DNA of 64,000 nt from an archaeon (GCA_018651605.1 JABIDS010000013.1:717-64716); one strand, 5' to 3'; counted from the stretch's first letter, positions 40,501 to 50,073 are shown. Notes: generated by a model from the sequence alone, not told the origin. Numbers and translations are program-made.

Positions 40501-40656
40501 GATAGTATAGTTAGTGTTGTGAGGTATTTAAATGTTTCGGTTCTGTTGTAACTTGGAAATGACAGAAGAGTATAGTTGAGATATATATTTGAGGTAGATT
40601 GTTTGTTGTTGTTTAGGGTAGTAGAATTTATAAGTTCTTTTGAGTTAGTTATAAAA

Positions 40657-41847
40657 ATGGGATTTGAGGATTTTTTGCCTTCTGAATTAGCAGAATCTTC
40701 TAATGAAGATTCTGAGTCTAGTCTGCCTGCCAGTGATTTGTTAGATGAGCCGGAGGAGGATTCTGAGAAAATCGGACCTAGTCAGTTTTATGGAATTATC
40801 ACTAGTAATAAACCTGATTGGCAGGTGATTATTTATGATTTGATTCATAGTGAGCAATTGGATCCTTGGGATATTGATATTGTTATTTTGACAAGAAAGT
40901 ATTTTGAGAGAATTTATGAGATTGAGGAGAGTGAAGATGGTGGGATGGATTTTTATGCGTCTAGTAAGGTTTTGTTGGCAGCGTCTTTGCTTTTGAGGAT
41001 TAAATCTGAGTTTTTGTTGAATCGTTCTATTAAAGATATTGATGAGGCGTTGTTTGGTAAAAAGGTAGAAAACCGTCCGGTTATGGAGCGAATTATTGTT
41101 AATGAAGATGAATTGCCTATGTTGATTCCTAAGACGCCTTTGCCGAGGGCTAGGAGGGTTACATTGCCTGAGTTGATGTCTGCCTTGAATAAGGCGATTA
41201 ATACAGAGTCTCGGAGAATTAAGAGAGAGGTTTCTGTTAAGAGGGCTAAGAGGATTTCTGAAATTAATTTGCCAGAGTTTCGGAGGATTGATTTGAAAGA
41301 TAGGATTAAGCAGTTTTATGCAAGGGTTTTGACTTCTATTAAAGGTAAAGCGATTAAACCTGATAGGGATTTTAACAAGATAGGTTATGGTGATTTGATA
41401 GGTAAGGAGAGAGAGGAGAAGATTGCGTGTTTTCTTCCGCTTTTGCATTTGAGTAATAATAAGAAATTGTGGTTGGAGCAGGAGAATCATTTGGAGGAGA
41501 TTTGGGTTTATCTTCACAAGTATTATGAGAATAATCAGAAGGTTTTTTTTAATGATGTTGAAGATGAGTTGGAGGATTTTAATGAAGAGGATTTTGTTGA
41601 GGAAGAGATGTTGAGTGGGTTGGATAAGGCGAGAGTTAAGAGGGAGGAGAAGAAGAGGCTTGCTGAGGAGATTGCTAAGGAATTGGAGGGAGAGTTTGGG
41701 ATAGTTGAGGAGGTTGTTGGTTCTGGAGGAGAGGTTGGTGTTGGTTTAGGGGGTGGCGGTGGGATTGGTTCTGGCGTGGAGGAAGTTGAGAGGTTGGAGA
41801 AAGAAGAAAAGATTGATAAGATTAGTGGGTTTGATGATAATCAATAG
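40657..41847 (+). CDS. scpA: Segregation/condensation protein A (kleisin) with acidic C-terminal extension
   Basis: LDPWDIDIV...SSKVLLAASLLLRIKSE; RRVTLPELMSAL; FLPLLHL...LEQE. Confidence 0.85.
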   Translation: MGFEDFLPSELAESSNEDSESSLPASDLLDEPEEDSEKIGPSQFYGIITSNKPDWQVIIYDLIHSEQLDPWDIDIVILTRKYFERIYEIEESEDGGMDFYASSKVLLAASLLLRIKSEFLLNRSIKDIDEALFGKKVENRPVMERIIVNEDELPMLIPKTPLPRARRVTLPELMSALNKAINTESRRIKREVSVKRAKRISEINLPEFRRIDLKDRIKQFYARVLTSIKGKAIKPDRDFNKIGYGDLIGKEREEKIACFLPLLHLSNNKKLWLEQENHLEEIWVYLHKYYENNQKVFFNDVEDELEDFNEEDFVEEEMLSGLDKARVKREEKKRLAEEIAKELEGEFGIVEEVVGSGGEVGVGLGGGGGIGSGVEEVERLEKEEKIDKISGFDDNQ

Positions 41848-41878
41848 GTTTTTAAAGTAAGATTAAATAGATTTCTTT

Positions 41879-42148
41879 ATGATAGAAATAGATATTCGAA
41901 TGAGATATGCGCATAGAGATAGTTATTCTGTTGAATTTTATCCTTCACTTATTGATTCAAGTGGTTTGAGAGTGTTTGGTTTTGAAGCAGTTTTTGAAGG
42001 TTTGAAAGATAAAATTGTTGAATATACTGATATGTTGAAAAGTATGGGCGAGAGGTTTAATATTTGTTTGAGTGGGGATTTTTTGAATTTGGATAAAAGT
42101 CCTTGTGTTAATTTTGTTAAAGGTATTTTGGAAGATAAAGTTGAGTAA
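41879..42148 (+). CDS. Hypothetical protein
   Basis: 89-aa ORF behind a TATA-like element. Confidence 0.5.
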   Translation: MIEIDIRMRYAHRDSYSVEFYPSLIDSSGLRVFGFEAVFEGLKDKIVEYTDMLKSMGERFNICLSGDFLNLDKSPCVNFVKGILEDKVE

Positions 42149-42186
42149 TTCTAAATATTTATATAATCTGTTTATTTTGTTTAATT

Positions 42187-43488
42187 ATGGTTAGTGAGAA
42201 AATACAGAGAAAAAGAGAAGATAGAACTAATTCTTTTTCTCTGTCTGTTCAAATCCCAAGAAAATCACGATCTAAAGATCGTGATAATGTTTTCAGGGAT
42301 TTGAACATTATTCGGGCGTATGCATTGAAGAATGCTGTTGAGCATGAGGGTTTGGCTGTTGTTGGAAATGTTGTTCCTGGATTGTTTAATCATGGTTTGA
42401 AAAAAGAAGGTGTTGGAAAGATTATGCCTTTGGTTAAAGATGTTGTTGCAGAGATTAATGGTTTGAGTGTGGAGGAGCAAAAGGTTTTGTTTAAGAAGTA
42501 TGAGGATTTGGTTGGGCATCGTGTGGAGCGTGAGGGTTTACATGCATTGAAAGTTGGACGTAATGGGATTGTTACTCGGTTTTCACCGTCTGCATCTGGA
42601 GGTTTTCATATTGGACATGCTTTGACTGGGAGTTTGTCGTATTTGTATTTTAAAAAATATGGTGGAAAGTTTTATGTTCGGATTGAGGACACTAATCCTG
42701 ATAATAGTTTTAAGGATTCTTATAAAATGATTAAGGAAGATTCTAAATGGTTGTTTGATGGTGATGCTGAGATTGTGATTCAGTCGGAGAGAATGAATTT
42801 GTATTATAAGTATGTTGAGAAGTTGATTAAGAAAGGAAGTGCTTATGTTTGTGAGTGTAGTTCTGAGGAGTTTAAGAAATTTGTCGAGGGAAAGGTTGAT
42901 TGTGGTTGCAGGAGTTCTAGTGTTAAGGAGAATGTTTTGAAGTGGGGACAGATGTTGGATAAGAAGGGTTATGAGGTTGGTGGGGCTGTTTTGAGATTTA
43001 AATCTGATATGACTGATAAGAATCCTGCGATGAGGGATTTTCCTTTGGCTCGAATTAATTTGAATAAACATCCTTTGCAAGGAAAAAAATATAGGGTTTG
43101 GCCTTTGATGAATTTAGCTGTCGCTGTTGATGATATTGAAATGAAGATGACACATATTATTCGGGCGAAGGATCATAGAGATAATGCTTTGCGTCAGAAA
43201 ATGATTTTTGAAGTTTTAGGAAAGAAGTTTCCTTGGACTGGTTTTCTTGGGAGGATTCATTTTAAAGATATGGTTTTGTCGACGAGTGAGATGCGAAATG
43301 GTGTTGAAGACGGGAAGTTTTCAGGGTGGGATGATGTTAAGTTGCCTACTTTGGTTTCCTTGAGAAAGAGAGGATATAATCCGGGAGCTTTTTGGAAATT
43401 TGCTGAACAGATTGGTTTGAATGAGATAGATAAGAAAATGGATAAGAAAGAATTTTTTTTAATGTTGGATGGATTTAATCGAGGGTGA
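42187..43488 (+). CDS. gltX: Archaeal-type glutamate--tRNA ligase; catalytic domain only, no anticodon-binding domain visible
   Basis: AYALKNA, TRFSPSASGGFHIGH, RIEDTNP, THIIRAKDH, LSTS, GWDDVKLPTL; ends at aa 433. Confidence 0.85.
   Translation: MVSEKIQRKREDRTNSFSLSVQIPRKSRSKDRDNVFRDLNIIRAYALKNAVEHEGLAVVGNVVPGLFNHGLKKEGVGKIMPLVKDVVAEINGLSVEEQKVLFKKYEDLVGHRVEREGLHALKVGRNGIVTRFSPSASGGFHIGHALTGSLSYLYFKKYGGKFYVRIEDTNPDNSFKDSYKMIKEDSKWLFDGDAEIVIQSERMNLYYKYVEKLIKKGSAYVCECSSEEFKKFVEGKVDCGCRSSSVKENVLKWGQMLDKKGYEVGGAVLRFKSDMTDKNPAMRDFPLARINLNKHPLQGKKYRVWPLMNLAVAVDDIEMKMTHIIRAKDHRDNALRQKMIFEVLGKKFPWTGFLGRIHFKDMVLSTSEMRNGVEDGKFSGWDDVKLPTLVSLRKRGYNPGAFWKFAEQIGLNEIDKKMDKKEFFLMLDGFNRG
42202..42306. repeat. 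In-frame double-hairpin insert with TAAA loop at the gltX N-terminus
   Basis: acagagaaaaaga/tctttttctctgt; gttcaaatccc...atcacgatc-taaa-gatcgtgat...gggatttgaac. Confidence 0.75.
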
Positions 43489-43577
43489 GGGAAATGTTTA
43501 TAAATGGTTTTATCTTTAGTGAATTAGTTATTATTAATAAATTAAAAAAAGAAGTTTGAAAGGAGGTATGATTTAAT

Positions 43578-43976
43578 ATGAAAAAAGCTCAAGGACAGAT
43601 AATTACGACTATCTTGATCATACTTTTGGTTCTTGCTGCAATTGTTATTGTGTGGCAGGTTGTGAATAGGACTGTTAGTGAAAGTGCTGAAGAGGTTTCT
43701 ACGCAATCAGATTGTATTGGTTCAAGTGTTACTATAGAGAGTGCAACTGGAACTACTGTAAGTGTTAGAAGAAATGCTGGAGGACCTAGCGATGATTTAG
43801 TTCTTTATGCTATTCCTGCTGGACAAAATAAGGCAGAATCTGCTGCAGCTGTTGCTATTGGAAATCTTGGAACTATTACTGTTGGTGCTTTAACTGTAAG
43901 TGATGAAGTTAAGGCTGGTGTTATTTTAGCAGACGGTACTGTATGTAATCCAATTGCTATTGCAGTTGCTTCTTAA
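43578..43976 (+). CDS. Archaeal type IV pilin-like protein 1
   Basis: Class III signal MKKA/QGQIITTILIILLV; conserved Cys pair. Confidence 0.8.
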   Translation: MKKAQGQIITTILIILLVLAAIVIVWQVVNRTVSESAEEVSTQSDCIGSSVTIESATGTTVSVRRNAGGPSDDLVLYAIPAGQNKAESAAAVAIGNLGTITVGALTVSDEVKAGVILADGTVCNPIAIAVAS

Positions 43977-44086
43977 ATCTTAATTTTTATTTTTTTATTT
44001 TTTTATTTTTATTCTTACTTATTGGAAATGTTTATATATTGATTTACCCTTTGTAAAGAAAAGGGATTTGAAAGGAGGATGATAAA

Positions 44087-44515
44087 ATGAAGAAAGCTCA
44101 AGGGCAGATTATTACGACTATATTGATAATTTTGTTGATACTTGCTGTTATTGTTATTATCTGGCAGGTTGTGAATAGGACTGTTAGGACGGGTTCTGAG
44201 GAGATTTCATTACATGCTGATTGTACAGGTATAAATTTAGAGATTGAAAGTGTTTATGCTGATGGGAGTGTGACTATAAGGAGAAAAACTGGAGGTCCTG
44301 AGAAGGTTGCTGTTTATGCTGTTCCTACTGGTGGAACTAGGAAGGATGGTCTTAAGGTTGCAGGTATTAAAGAATTAGAGGTTGATACTGTTGCATTAGT
44401 AGATTCTGAAGTAAATGTTGAAACTGAAGTTAAGGTTGGTGCTAAGTTGATAGGTGGTGATGAAACTTTATGTTTTCCAGTTAGTGTTAAAAAAGCTGTC
44501 GCAGTGCCTGCATAA
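44087..44515 (+). CDS. Archaeal type IV pilin-like protein 2
   Basis: Same N-terminus; SD GAAAGGAGG. Confidence 0.8.
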   Translation: MKKAQGQIITTILIILLILAVIVIIWQVVNRTVRTGSEEISLHADCTGINLEIESVYADGSVTIRRKTGGPEKVAVYAVPTGGTRKDGLKVAGIKELEVDTVALVDSEVNVETEVKVGAKLIGGDETLCFPVSVKKAVAVPA

Positions 44516-44633
44516 TTTTTTATTTTTATTTTTTTCTTATTTTCTCTTATTTCTATTTATGGGAAATATTTATATATTGATTTATCCTTTATAATAAAAA
44601 GGAATGTGAAAGGAGGATTATAATATGATTAAA

Positions 44634-45077
44634 ATGAAGAAAGCTCAAGGACAGATTATTACAACTATATTGATAATTTTGTTGGTTCTTGCGGCGGTTG
44701 TTATTATATGGAGTGTTGTTTCTAATACTGTTCAAAGAGGTTCTGATGAAATTGCGTCCCAAACTGATTGTATTGGGATAAATTTAGAAGTTCTTAAGGC
44801 AGATTCTAATGGTAATGATGTTGATGTTACAAGAAAATTAGGTGGTGGAAGTGATGACTTGAAAAATATTAAGATTTTAGTGGATAGTAAGGCTGTGAAT
44901 CATGATTGTGAAGGTACTGCTAGTAATAATAATTGTACTTTAGGTCTTTTTGAGACTAAGACCTATAATATTAATGGTGCAGATCCTTTGACTACGGCAA
45001 ATCAATTAGTTGAAGTTTTTGCAGAATTGAGTGATGGAACTTTTTGTGAAGCATCAGCTTCTATAGAATCAATTTAA
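44634..45077 (+). CDS. Archaeal type IV pilin-like protein 3
   Basis: Same N-terminus (alternative start 44625); extra Cys pair. Confidence 0.8.
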   Translation: MKKAQGQIITTILIILLVLAAVVIIWSVVSNTVQRGSDEIASQTDCIGINLEVLKADSNGNDVDVTRKLGGGSDDLKNIKILVDSKAVNHDCEGTASNNNCTLGLFETKTYNINGADPLTTANQLVEVFAELSDGTFCEASASIESI

Positions 45078-45170
45078 TTTTTTATTTTTTTTATTTTTTT
45101 TTTATTAATTTTTTCAAAGGATTTATAAACTTTGAATTTGTTTATAGTAATATTAAAGATGGTGAGTGAT

Positions 45171-45581
45171 ATGAAAAAAAAAGCGCAGGGGCAGATGATT
45201 ACTATAGTATTGATTATACTTTTAATTCTTGCAGCGATTGTTGTTATTTGGGTGGTTATTGGTAATTCTGTTAGAAAGAGTTCTAGTGAGGTAACTGATG
45301 CAAGTAAATGTTTTGGAATTACTTTGACGATTCAGAAAGCTGTTCAAGGAGTTATTAATAATGTTATTATTGAGAGAGGTGTTGGTGGGCCTGAGATGGT
45401 TGGAATTTATTTATTGCCTGAAAATGGAAATGCAATTTATAGTAGTGGATATGATGTTAAAGAATTAGACTCTAGAGGGTTTGATGTAGATAGTCTTCAA
45501 GATGGCGAGGATATTAAAGTGGGTGCGAGATTAGGTGATGGAACTTTGTGTTTTCCTATGGCTGTTAAGAAAGTTGGTTGA
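45171..45581 (+). CDS. Archaeal type IV pilin-like protein 4
   Basis: MKKKAQGQMITIVLIILL; DGTLC. Confidence 0.8.
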   Translation: MKKKAQGQMITIVLIILLILAAIVVIWVVIGNSVRKSSSEVTDASKCFGITLTIQKAVQGVINNVIIERGVGGPEMVGIYLLPENGNAIYSSGYDVKELDSRGFDVDSLQDGEDIKVGARLGDGTLCFPMAVKKVG

Positions 45582-45585
45582 TTTT

Positions 45586-47046
45586 TTATAATTTTTTCCC
45601 CATATAAACTTTATTTTTATCTAATTTATATTTTAGTTTTTTGTAGTATTCTCTGACTCCAACTCCTGAGATTATTTGTAGGTTTTTGATGTTGTGTTTT
45701 TTTGTTATTTGTTCGGCTTCGTGGATTAATTGTTTTCCTAAACCTGTGTGTTGTCCAAGGTGTTTTGGTTTTTGTCCTATGGAGAGAGATTGTCCGTAGA
45801 CATGGATTTCTCTTATGATTGCCTTACTATTTGTTTCAGCATTATCAATCCCAATAACCCCTCCCACCCGCCCGTTGTTGGGATAATACTGAAACTTATC
45901 TTTCTGATTTGTTATTCTTAATCTAAGAAGTGCGAAAAGAATGTTTTGGTTGTTTGTTATTTCTAGAAAGTATTCTGTTCCATTTTGTGCTTGGTATTTT
46001 GTTGTTTTGAGTTTTAGTTTTGGATTTATTTTTTGGTTTTTTTGAAGGTCTCTAATATGGAAACCTATTTCTCTGAATCTTATTTCGTTTATTTTTGTTT
46101 TTGATTGTTTTAGGTTTTGTTCTATGTCTCTTCTTAAGTCTATTCTTGTTGTTCCTGCTGTTAGAAATTCTGGAGGAATTTCTCTCATTACTCTCATTAC
46201 TCTGCAATAATTTGGAATTATTTTCATTATTTGGATTATTAATTCTTGGATTTGTTCTTTTGAGTAAGGTTTGTATTTTTGTTTTTTGTGGGTTTTTTCT
46301 AATTGACTTCCTTTGATTACTTGACAAGGATAGATTTTTAATTGGTCTGGTTTGAAGTCTTGATTTTTGAAAAGTGTTTCAAAGGTTTGTAAATCTTTTT
46401 TTGGATTGCTTTTTGGTAAGCCGAGCATCATGTGATAGCCGATTTTGAATCCTGCGTTTTTTAGTTGATGTGTGGCTTGGATTACGTCTTCAACTGTGTG
46501 TCCTCTGTTTACTGCTTTGTATATTTTATTGTCTAGACATTGAACGCCTAGTTCTACTCTTGTGCATCCGTAGTTTAGGATTTTTTGAATTGATTTTTGG
46601 TTTATTGAATCTGGACGAGTTTCTATGCAAAGTGCAACGCATCTGTGTTTTGCTTTTTGGTTTAGTTTTTTTGCTTGTTCTAATGTTTTGGATTGTTTTT
46701 TATTTAATGCGTCGTAGATTTGTTTTATGAAATTGTTTTGATATTTTGTTGGGAAGTTTAGGAAGTCTCCTCCCATGATTATTATTTCTATTTTTTCTGT
46801 TGGATGGTTCATTAAGTTGAATGCTTTTAATCTTGATTTTACTTGTTCTTCTGCGTTGTATTTTAGGATTTCTGCTCTTAGAACTGGCGGAGATTTTGGA
46901 GTATATGATTGTGGAACGTTTAATGATGGGCAGTAGGTGCATGTTCCGTGTTTGCATTTTTTTGGTTTGCACATTACTGCGATTGGTGTGACGCCTGCTA
47001 AGGTTTTTGATGGTTTACGTATTTCTCCTTGTTGTGGGATTTTCAT
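45586..47046 (-). CDS. elp3: tRNA U34 carboxymethyltransferase Elp3 (radical SAM + KAT)
   Basis: CKHGTCTYCP, PQSYT, ETRPD, ELGVQ, LKIYP, REIHVYG, QHTGLG, ISGVGVREYY. Confidence 0.93.
   Translation of the reverse strand: MKIPQQGEIRKPSKTLAGVTPIAVMCKPKKCKHGTCTYCPSLNVPQSYTPKSPPVLRAEILKYNAEEQVKSRLKAFNLMNHPTEKIEIIIMGGDFLNFPTKYQNNFIKQIYDALNKKQSKTLEQAKKLNQKAKHRCVALCIETRPDSINQKSIQKILNYGCTRVELGVQCLDNKIYKAVNRGHTVEDVIQATHQLKNAGFKIGYHMMLGLPKSNPKKDLQTFETLFKNQDFKPDQLKIYPCQVIKGSQLEKTHKKQKYKPYSKEQIQELIIQIMKIIPNYCRVMRVMREIPPEFLTAGTTRIDLRRDIEQNLKQSKTKINEIRFREIGFHIRDLQKNQKINPKLKLKTTKYQAQNGTEYFLEITNNQNILFALLRLRITNQKDKFQYYPNNGRVGGVIGIDNAETNSKAIIREIHVYGQSLSIGQKPKHLGQHTGLGKQLIHEAEQITKKHNIKNLQIISGVGVREYYKKLKYKLDKNKVYMGKKL
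45833..45895. repeat. G4-loop palindromic element, in-frame in elp3 (63 bp)
   Basis: gtttcagcattatcaatcccaataac-ccctcccacccgccc-gttgttgggataatactgaaac. Confidence 0.85.
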
Positions 47047-47083
47047 GTTATTATAGTATTTTAATCTTTTAGATTAAATGTGT

Positions 47084-47111
47084 TATTTGCTTTAACTTTG
47101 TTAAAGTTATT
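47084..47111. repeat. 28-bp palindrome upstream of elp3, shared with the PLD gene
   Basis: tatttgctttaactttgttaaagttatt versus 50074..50101 (26/28 identical). Confidence 0.7.
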
Positions 47112-47163
47112 ATATATAATCAAGGATATAAATAGTTTATAAGGTTTGGTTTTTAGTGTGAAT

Positions 47164-47607
47164 ATGATAATGAAACCAGAAGCAAAGGTTATTCGTCCAG
47201 GAGTTGGATTGGCAGGGTTAATTCTTAATGGGGATAAGATTTTAATGGGCTTGAGAAAGGGGAGTCATGGTTCTGGGGCTTGGGCTCCACCAGGAGGGCA
47301 TTTAGAAATGTTTGAAGATTTTGATTATTCTTTGATGAGAGAGATTGATGAAGAGACTGGATTGGTTGGGAAAAGTTTGAAGTTGTTGGATTATAATCCT
47401 TGTGTTGTTACTAATGATTTTTTTGAAGAAGATAATAAACATTATGTTACTTTATTTTTTAAATTGCAGTATTTGTCTGGGATGCCTAAAGTAAGGGAAC
47501 CTGATAAATGTGAGGAATGGAGATGGTGTTATTGGGATGATTTGCCTTCTCCTTTGTTTAAGTCTATTGAGAATTTGAAAGAGATGGATTATAATCCTTT
47601 TAGATAA
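47164..47607 (+). CDS. Nudix hydrolase (MutT/NUDT15-like)
   Basis: RPGVG, GSHGSG, PGGHLE...REIDEETGL, HYVT, EPDKCEEW. Confidence 0.9.
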   Translation: MIMKPEAKVIRPGVGLAGLILNGDKILMGLRKGSHGSGAWAPPGGHLEMFEDFDYSLMREIDEETGLVGKSLKLLDYNPCVVTNDFFEEDNKHYVTLFFKLQYLSGMPKVREPDKCEEWRWCYWDDLPSPLFKSIENLKEMDYNPFR

Positions 47608-47637
47608 TGTTTTAAGTGTGGATTTCTTGGATTTTTT

Positions 47638-48342
47638 ATGACAATACCAATTAAAATAATAAGTGAGAAGGATTTTGAGGATGTAGCTGGGCAAGAGGAT
47701 GTTTGGGATAGTATTGCGGTGCCTTGGGGGAAGTATGTTGTGAAAAAAATTCCTGTTGTTGAGGAGTTTCTTTCTGGGAAGAAAGGGAAGGTTGTTGATT
47801 TGGGTTGTGGTAGTGGGAGAAATATTATTGCTTCAGAGGGTTTGAAATATTGGTGTGTTGATTTTTCTTCTGGGCAATTGATGCATGCGAGGAGTTATGC
47901 TGAGGATGAAGGAATTGATGCTAAATTTTTTAAGATGAGTGTTGATAAGTTGAGTAAGAAAGAGTTTAAGAATGAGATGTTTGATTATGGTTTGTTTATT
48001 GCGACGTTGCATTGTGTTGGGAGTAAGGAGGGTAGGCTTAGGGCTTTGAAAGAGTTTTATAGAGTGTTGAAAAAGGGTGGTGAGGGATTGATTAGTGTTT
48101 GGAATAGTTCTGATAAGAGATTTGATTTTGTGGGTAATCATGGAGGAATTTATATGTCTTGGAGGGAGGATGGTGTGAGTTATATGAGGTATTATTATTT
48201 ATATTCTGAGGAGGAGTTGTTGGGGTTGCTTCGCGAGGTGGGGTTTGAGATTAAAGAGGTTTATGGTGGTGAGGGGGTTTCTGGTGGGGGTGAGAGGGAT
48301 AGGTTTATGAAGAAGAATTTGGTGGTTAGAGTTAGAAAGTGA
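47638..48342 (+). CDS. Class I SAM methyltransferase, Trm9/ALKBH8-like
   Basis: DLGCGSGRN, FIATLHC, ALKEFYRVLKKGG, RYYYLY. Confidence 0.8.
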   Translation: MTIPIKIISEKDFEDVAGQEDVWDSIAVPWGKYVVKKIPVVEEFLSGKKGKVVDLGCGSGRNIIASEGLKYWCVDFSSGQLMHARSYAEDEGIDAKFFKMSVDKLSKKEFKNEMFDYGLFIATLHCVGSKEGRLRALKEFYRVLKKGGEGLISVWNSSDKRFDFVGNHGGIYMSWREDGVSYMRYYYLYSEEELLGLLREVGFEIKEVYGGEGVSGGGERDRFMKKNLVVRVRK

Positions 48343-48388
48343 TTATTGATTAGATATATTTATAAACTTTGATTTTTGGATTTTTATT

Positions 48389-48670
48389 ATGGTAGAAAGA
48401 ATGTTTGATAGTTATGATGATCCAGAAAAAGCTAGAAGAATCTTTAGAGAATATGTTTCAGATAAAGAATTAATTTCAGAAAAGGGTATGCTTTATCTTT
48501 TTGAAGCAATAATTGAAAATAATGTAGCAGACGATTTAGATATTGTTTTGGATAGAATTTTAACTGGGCATGCTTCTACTCATGTTGGTAGTGGTTCTCC
48601 TAACTCTGTTAGGGATTCTTATAGGGGTTCATGGTCTAATTGTGTAAGGGCTTTAGAAGAACGTCATTAA
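48389..48670 (+). CDS. Hypothetical protein
   Basis: 93-aa ORF behind a TATA box. Confidence 0.5.
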   Translation: MVERMFDSYDDPEKARRIFREYVSDKELISEKGMLYLFEAIIENNVADDLDIVLDRILTGHASTHVGSGSPNSVRDSYRGSWSNCVRALEERH

Positions 48671-50068
48671 TCATTGCAACAACCTAATAAATTGTTCCCA
48701 TTCGTATCTTAATTTTTTTAGGGTTGATGTGCTTTTGTAGATGTTGTAGTCTGTAGTGTAAATTCTATTTTGATTGTTGTAGATTTTATTGAAATAATCA
48801 TTTGTTTGTTTTGTTATTGAGGAGTTGTTTGGTGATGTGATTTTTATGTCTGATTGTAAGTTGTAAAGTCTTATGTTGTTGTTTGCGATGTTTGTTGAAC
48901 CTGTTAGAATGGTTGTATGGGTTTGATTGGTTATTGTTATGAGTTTTGTGTGGAATTGTTCTCCGTGAGATTTATACCAACGAATGTTTATTTTGTTGTT
49001 TGATTCTTTGAGGAGTTTTTCTGCGACTGGTTTGTTTGGTATTCCAAATTTTTGTTGTGAAAAGAAAAAGTCGTTTGTATCTAAGATTATGTTTATGTTT
49101 GCTCCTCTTTTTGATGCTTGGATTAATTGGTTGGTTGTTTTTTTGTCTGATAAAGTGAACATTGCTATGTTTATTGTATGTTCTTGGTTTGTTTTTGATA
49201 GTTCTTTTTTTAGTGAGTGCATTAGTCCGTTGTCGGCTAGGTATTGGACTTTTATTGGTTTATTTTCCCCTTCTCCTTCGGCATTATCAATCCCTATTAA
49301 CCCACCCATCCCACCCTTAATTGGGATAATGCCTTCATCCCCTCCAACAGGCTCTTGAAAGTTGTCTATAAAACTTTGAATTTGTTGATTGTTAATGTTT
49401 GCATCTTTTATTTCTAGGTTGTAAACATCTTGCCAGATTTTTTCTTTGATTAATATTGCAGTGTTTGAGTTTGGACTGCTCTGATCGTGAGGGTTTGCTG
49501 ATGTGATTAGGGTGTGGATTTGATTGTTGTTATCTGCGATTATGAATTTTCTATGGTTTAGTCTTTTTTTTGCTTTTTTGAGGAGATAGTTTGTTATTGG
49601 ATTTTTATTTATGGGGGTGTAGATTATGTTTATGTTGTTTTGTTCTAGTTGGTTTATGAATGGTTTGTTGTATGGTTTGTTTATTATGTTGAATTTGTCT
49701 GTTATGAAGTAGATAGGCATGTTTGGATTTGATTGTTTTTTGTTTATTAGTTGGGTTGTTAATTCTTGGGTTAGGTTTTTTAGGTGTGGTTCTTTTGTTG
49801 TTCCGAATAAGAACATGTTTATTATTATGAAGTTTTCTGCGTTTTGGATTATATTGTAGGTTTTGTTGAAGATTTCTTGGTTGTATTGGATGTTTTGGTT
49901 TTTATCTTCATAGGTTAAGTCTGAAAGGAATTGGATTGAATCTTCTGAGATTTGGTGGGTTGGACTTATGATGGTTCTTCCTTTTGGTAGTGAGATGTAG
50001 TAGATTAAAATTAGGATTATTAAGAGGGAGATTATGGTTAGGAGGATTTTTATAGTTCTCTTTTTCAT
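48671..50068 (-). CDS. Membrane-anchored phospholipase D-family protein
   Basis: N-terminal TM; HRKFIIAD...SAN and HTK...GSTN. Confidence 0.85.
   Translation of the reverse strand: MKKRTIKILLTIISLLIILILIYYISLPKGRTIISPTHQISEDSIQFLSDLTYEDKNQNIQYNQEIFNKTYNIIQNAENFIIINMFLFGTTKEPHLKNLTQELTTQLINKKQSNPNMPIYFITDKFNIINKPYNKPFINQLEQNNINIIYTPINKNPITNYLLKKAKKRLNHRKFIIADNNNQIHTLITSANPHDQSSPNSNTAILIKEKIWQDVYNLEIKDANINNQQIQSFIDNFQEPVGGDEGIIPIKGGMGGLIGIDNAEGEGENKPIKVQYLADNGLMHSLKKELSKTNQEHTINIAMFTLSDKKTTNQLIQASKRGANINIILDTNDFFFSQQKFGIPNKPVAEKLLKESNNKINIRWYKSHGEQFHTKLITITNQTHTTILTGSTNIANNNIRLYNLQSDIKITSPNNSSITKQTNDYFNKIYNNQNRIYTTDYNIYKSTSTLKKLRYEWEQFIRLLQ
49277..49334. repeat. G4-loop palindromic element, in-frame in the PLD gene (58 bp)
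   Basis: 57/58 identical to 53026..53083. Confidence 0.92.
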
Positions 50069-50073
50069 TTTTG

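Noticed and set aside
43578..45581. Diversity-generating retroelement acting on pilins or surface proteins
   Set aside because: No reverse transcriptase and no template/variable repeat pair differing only at adenines.
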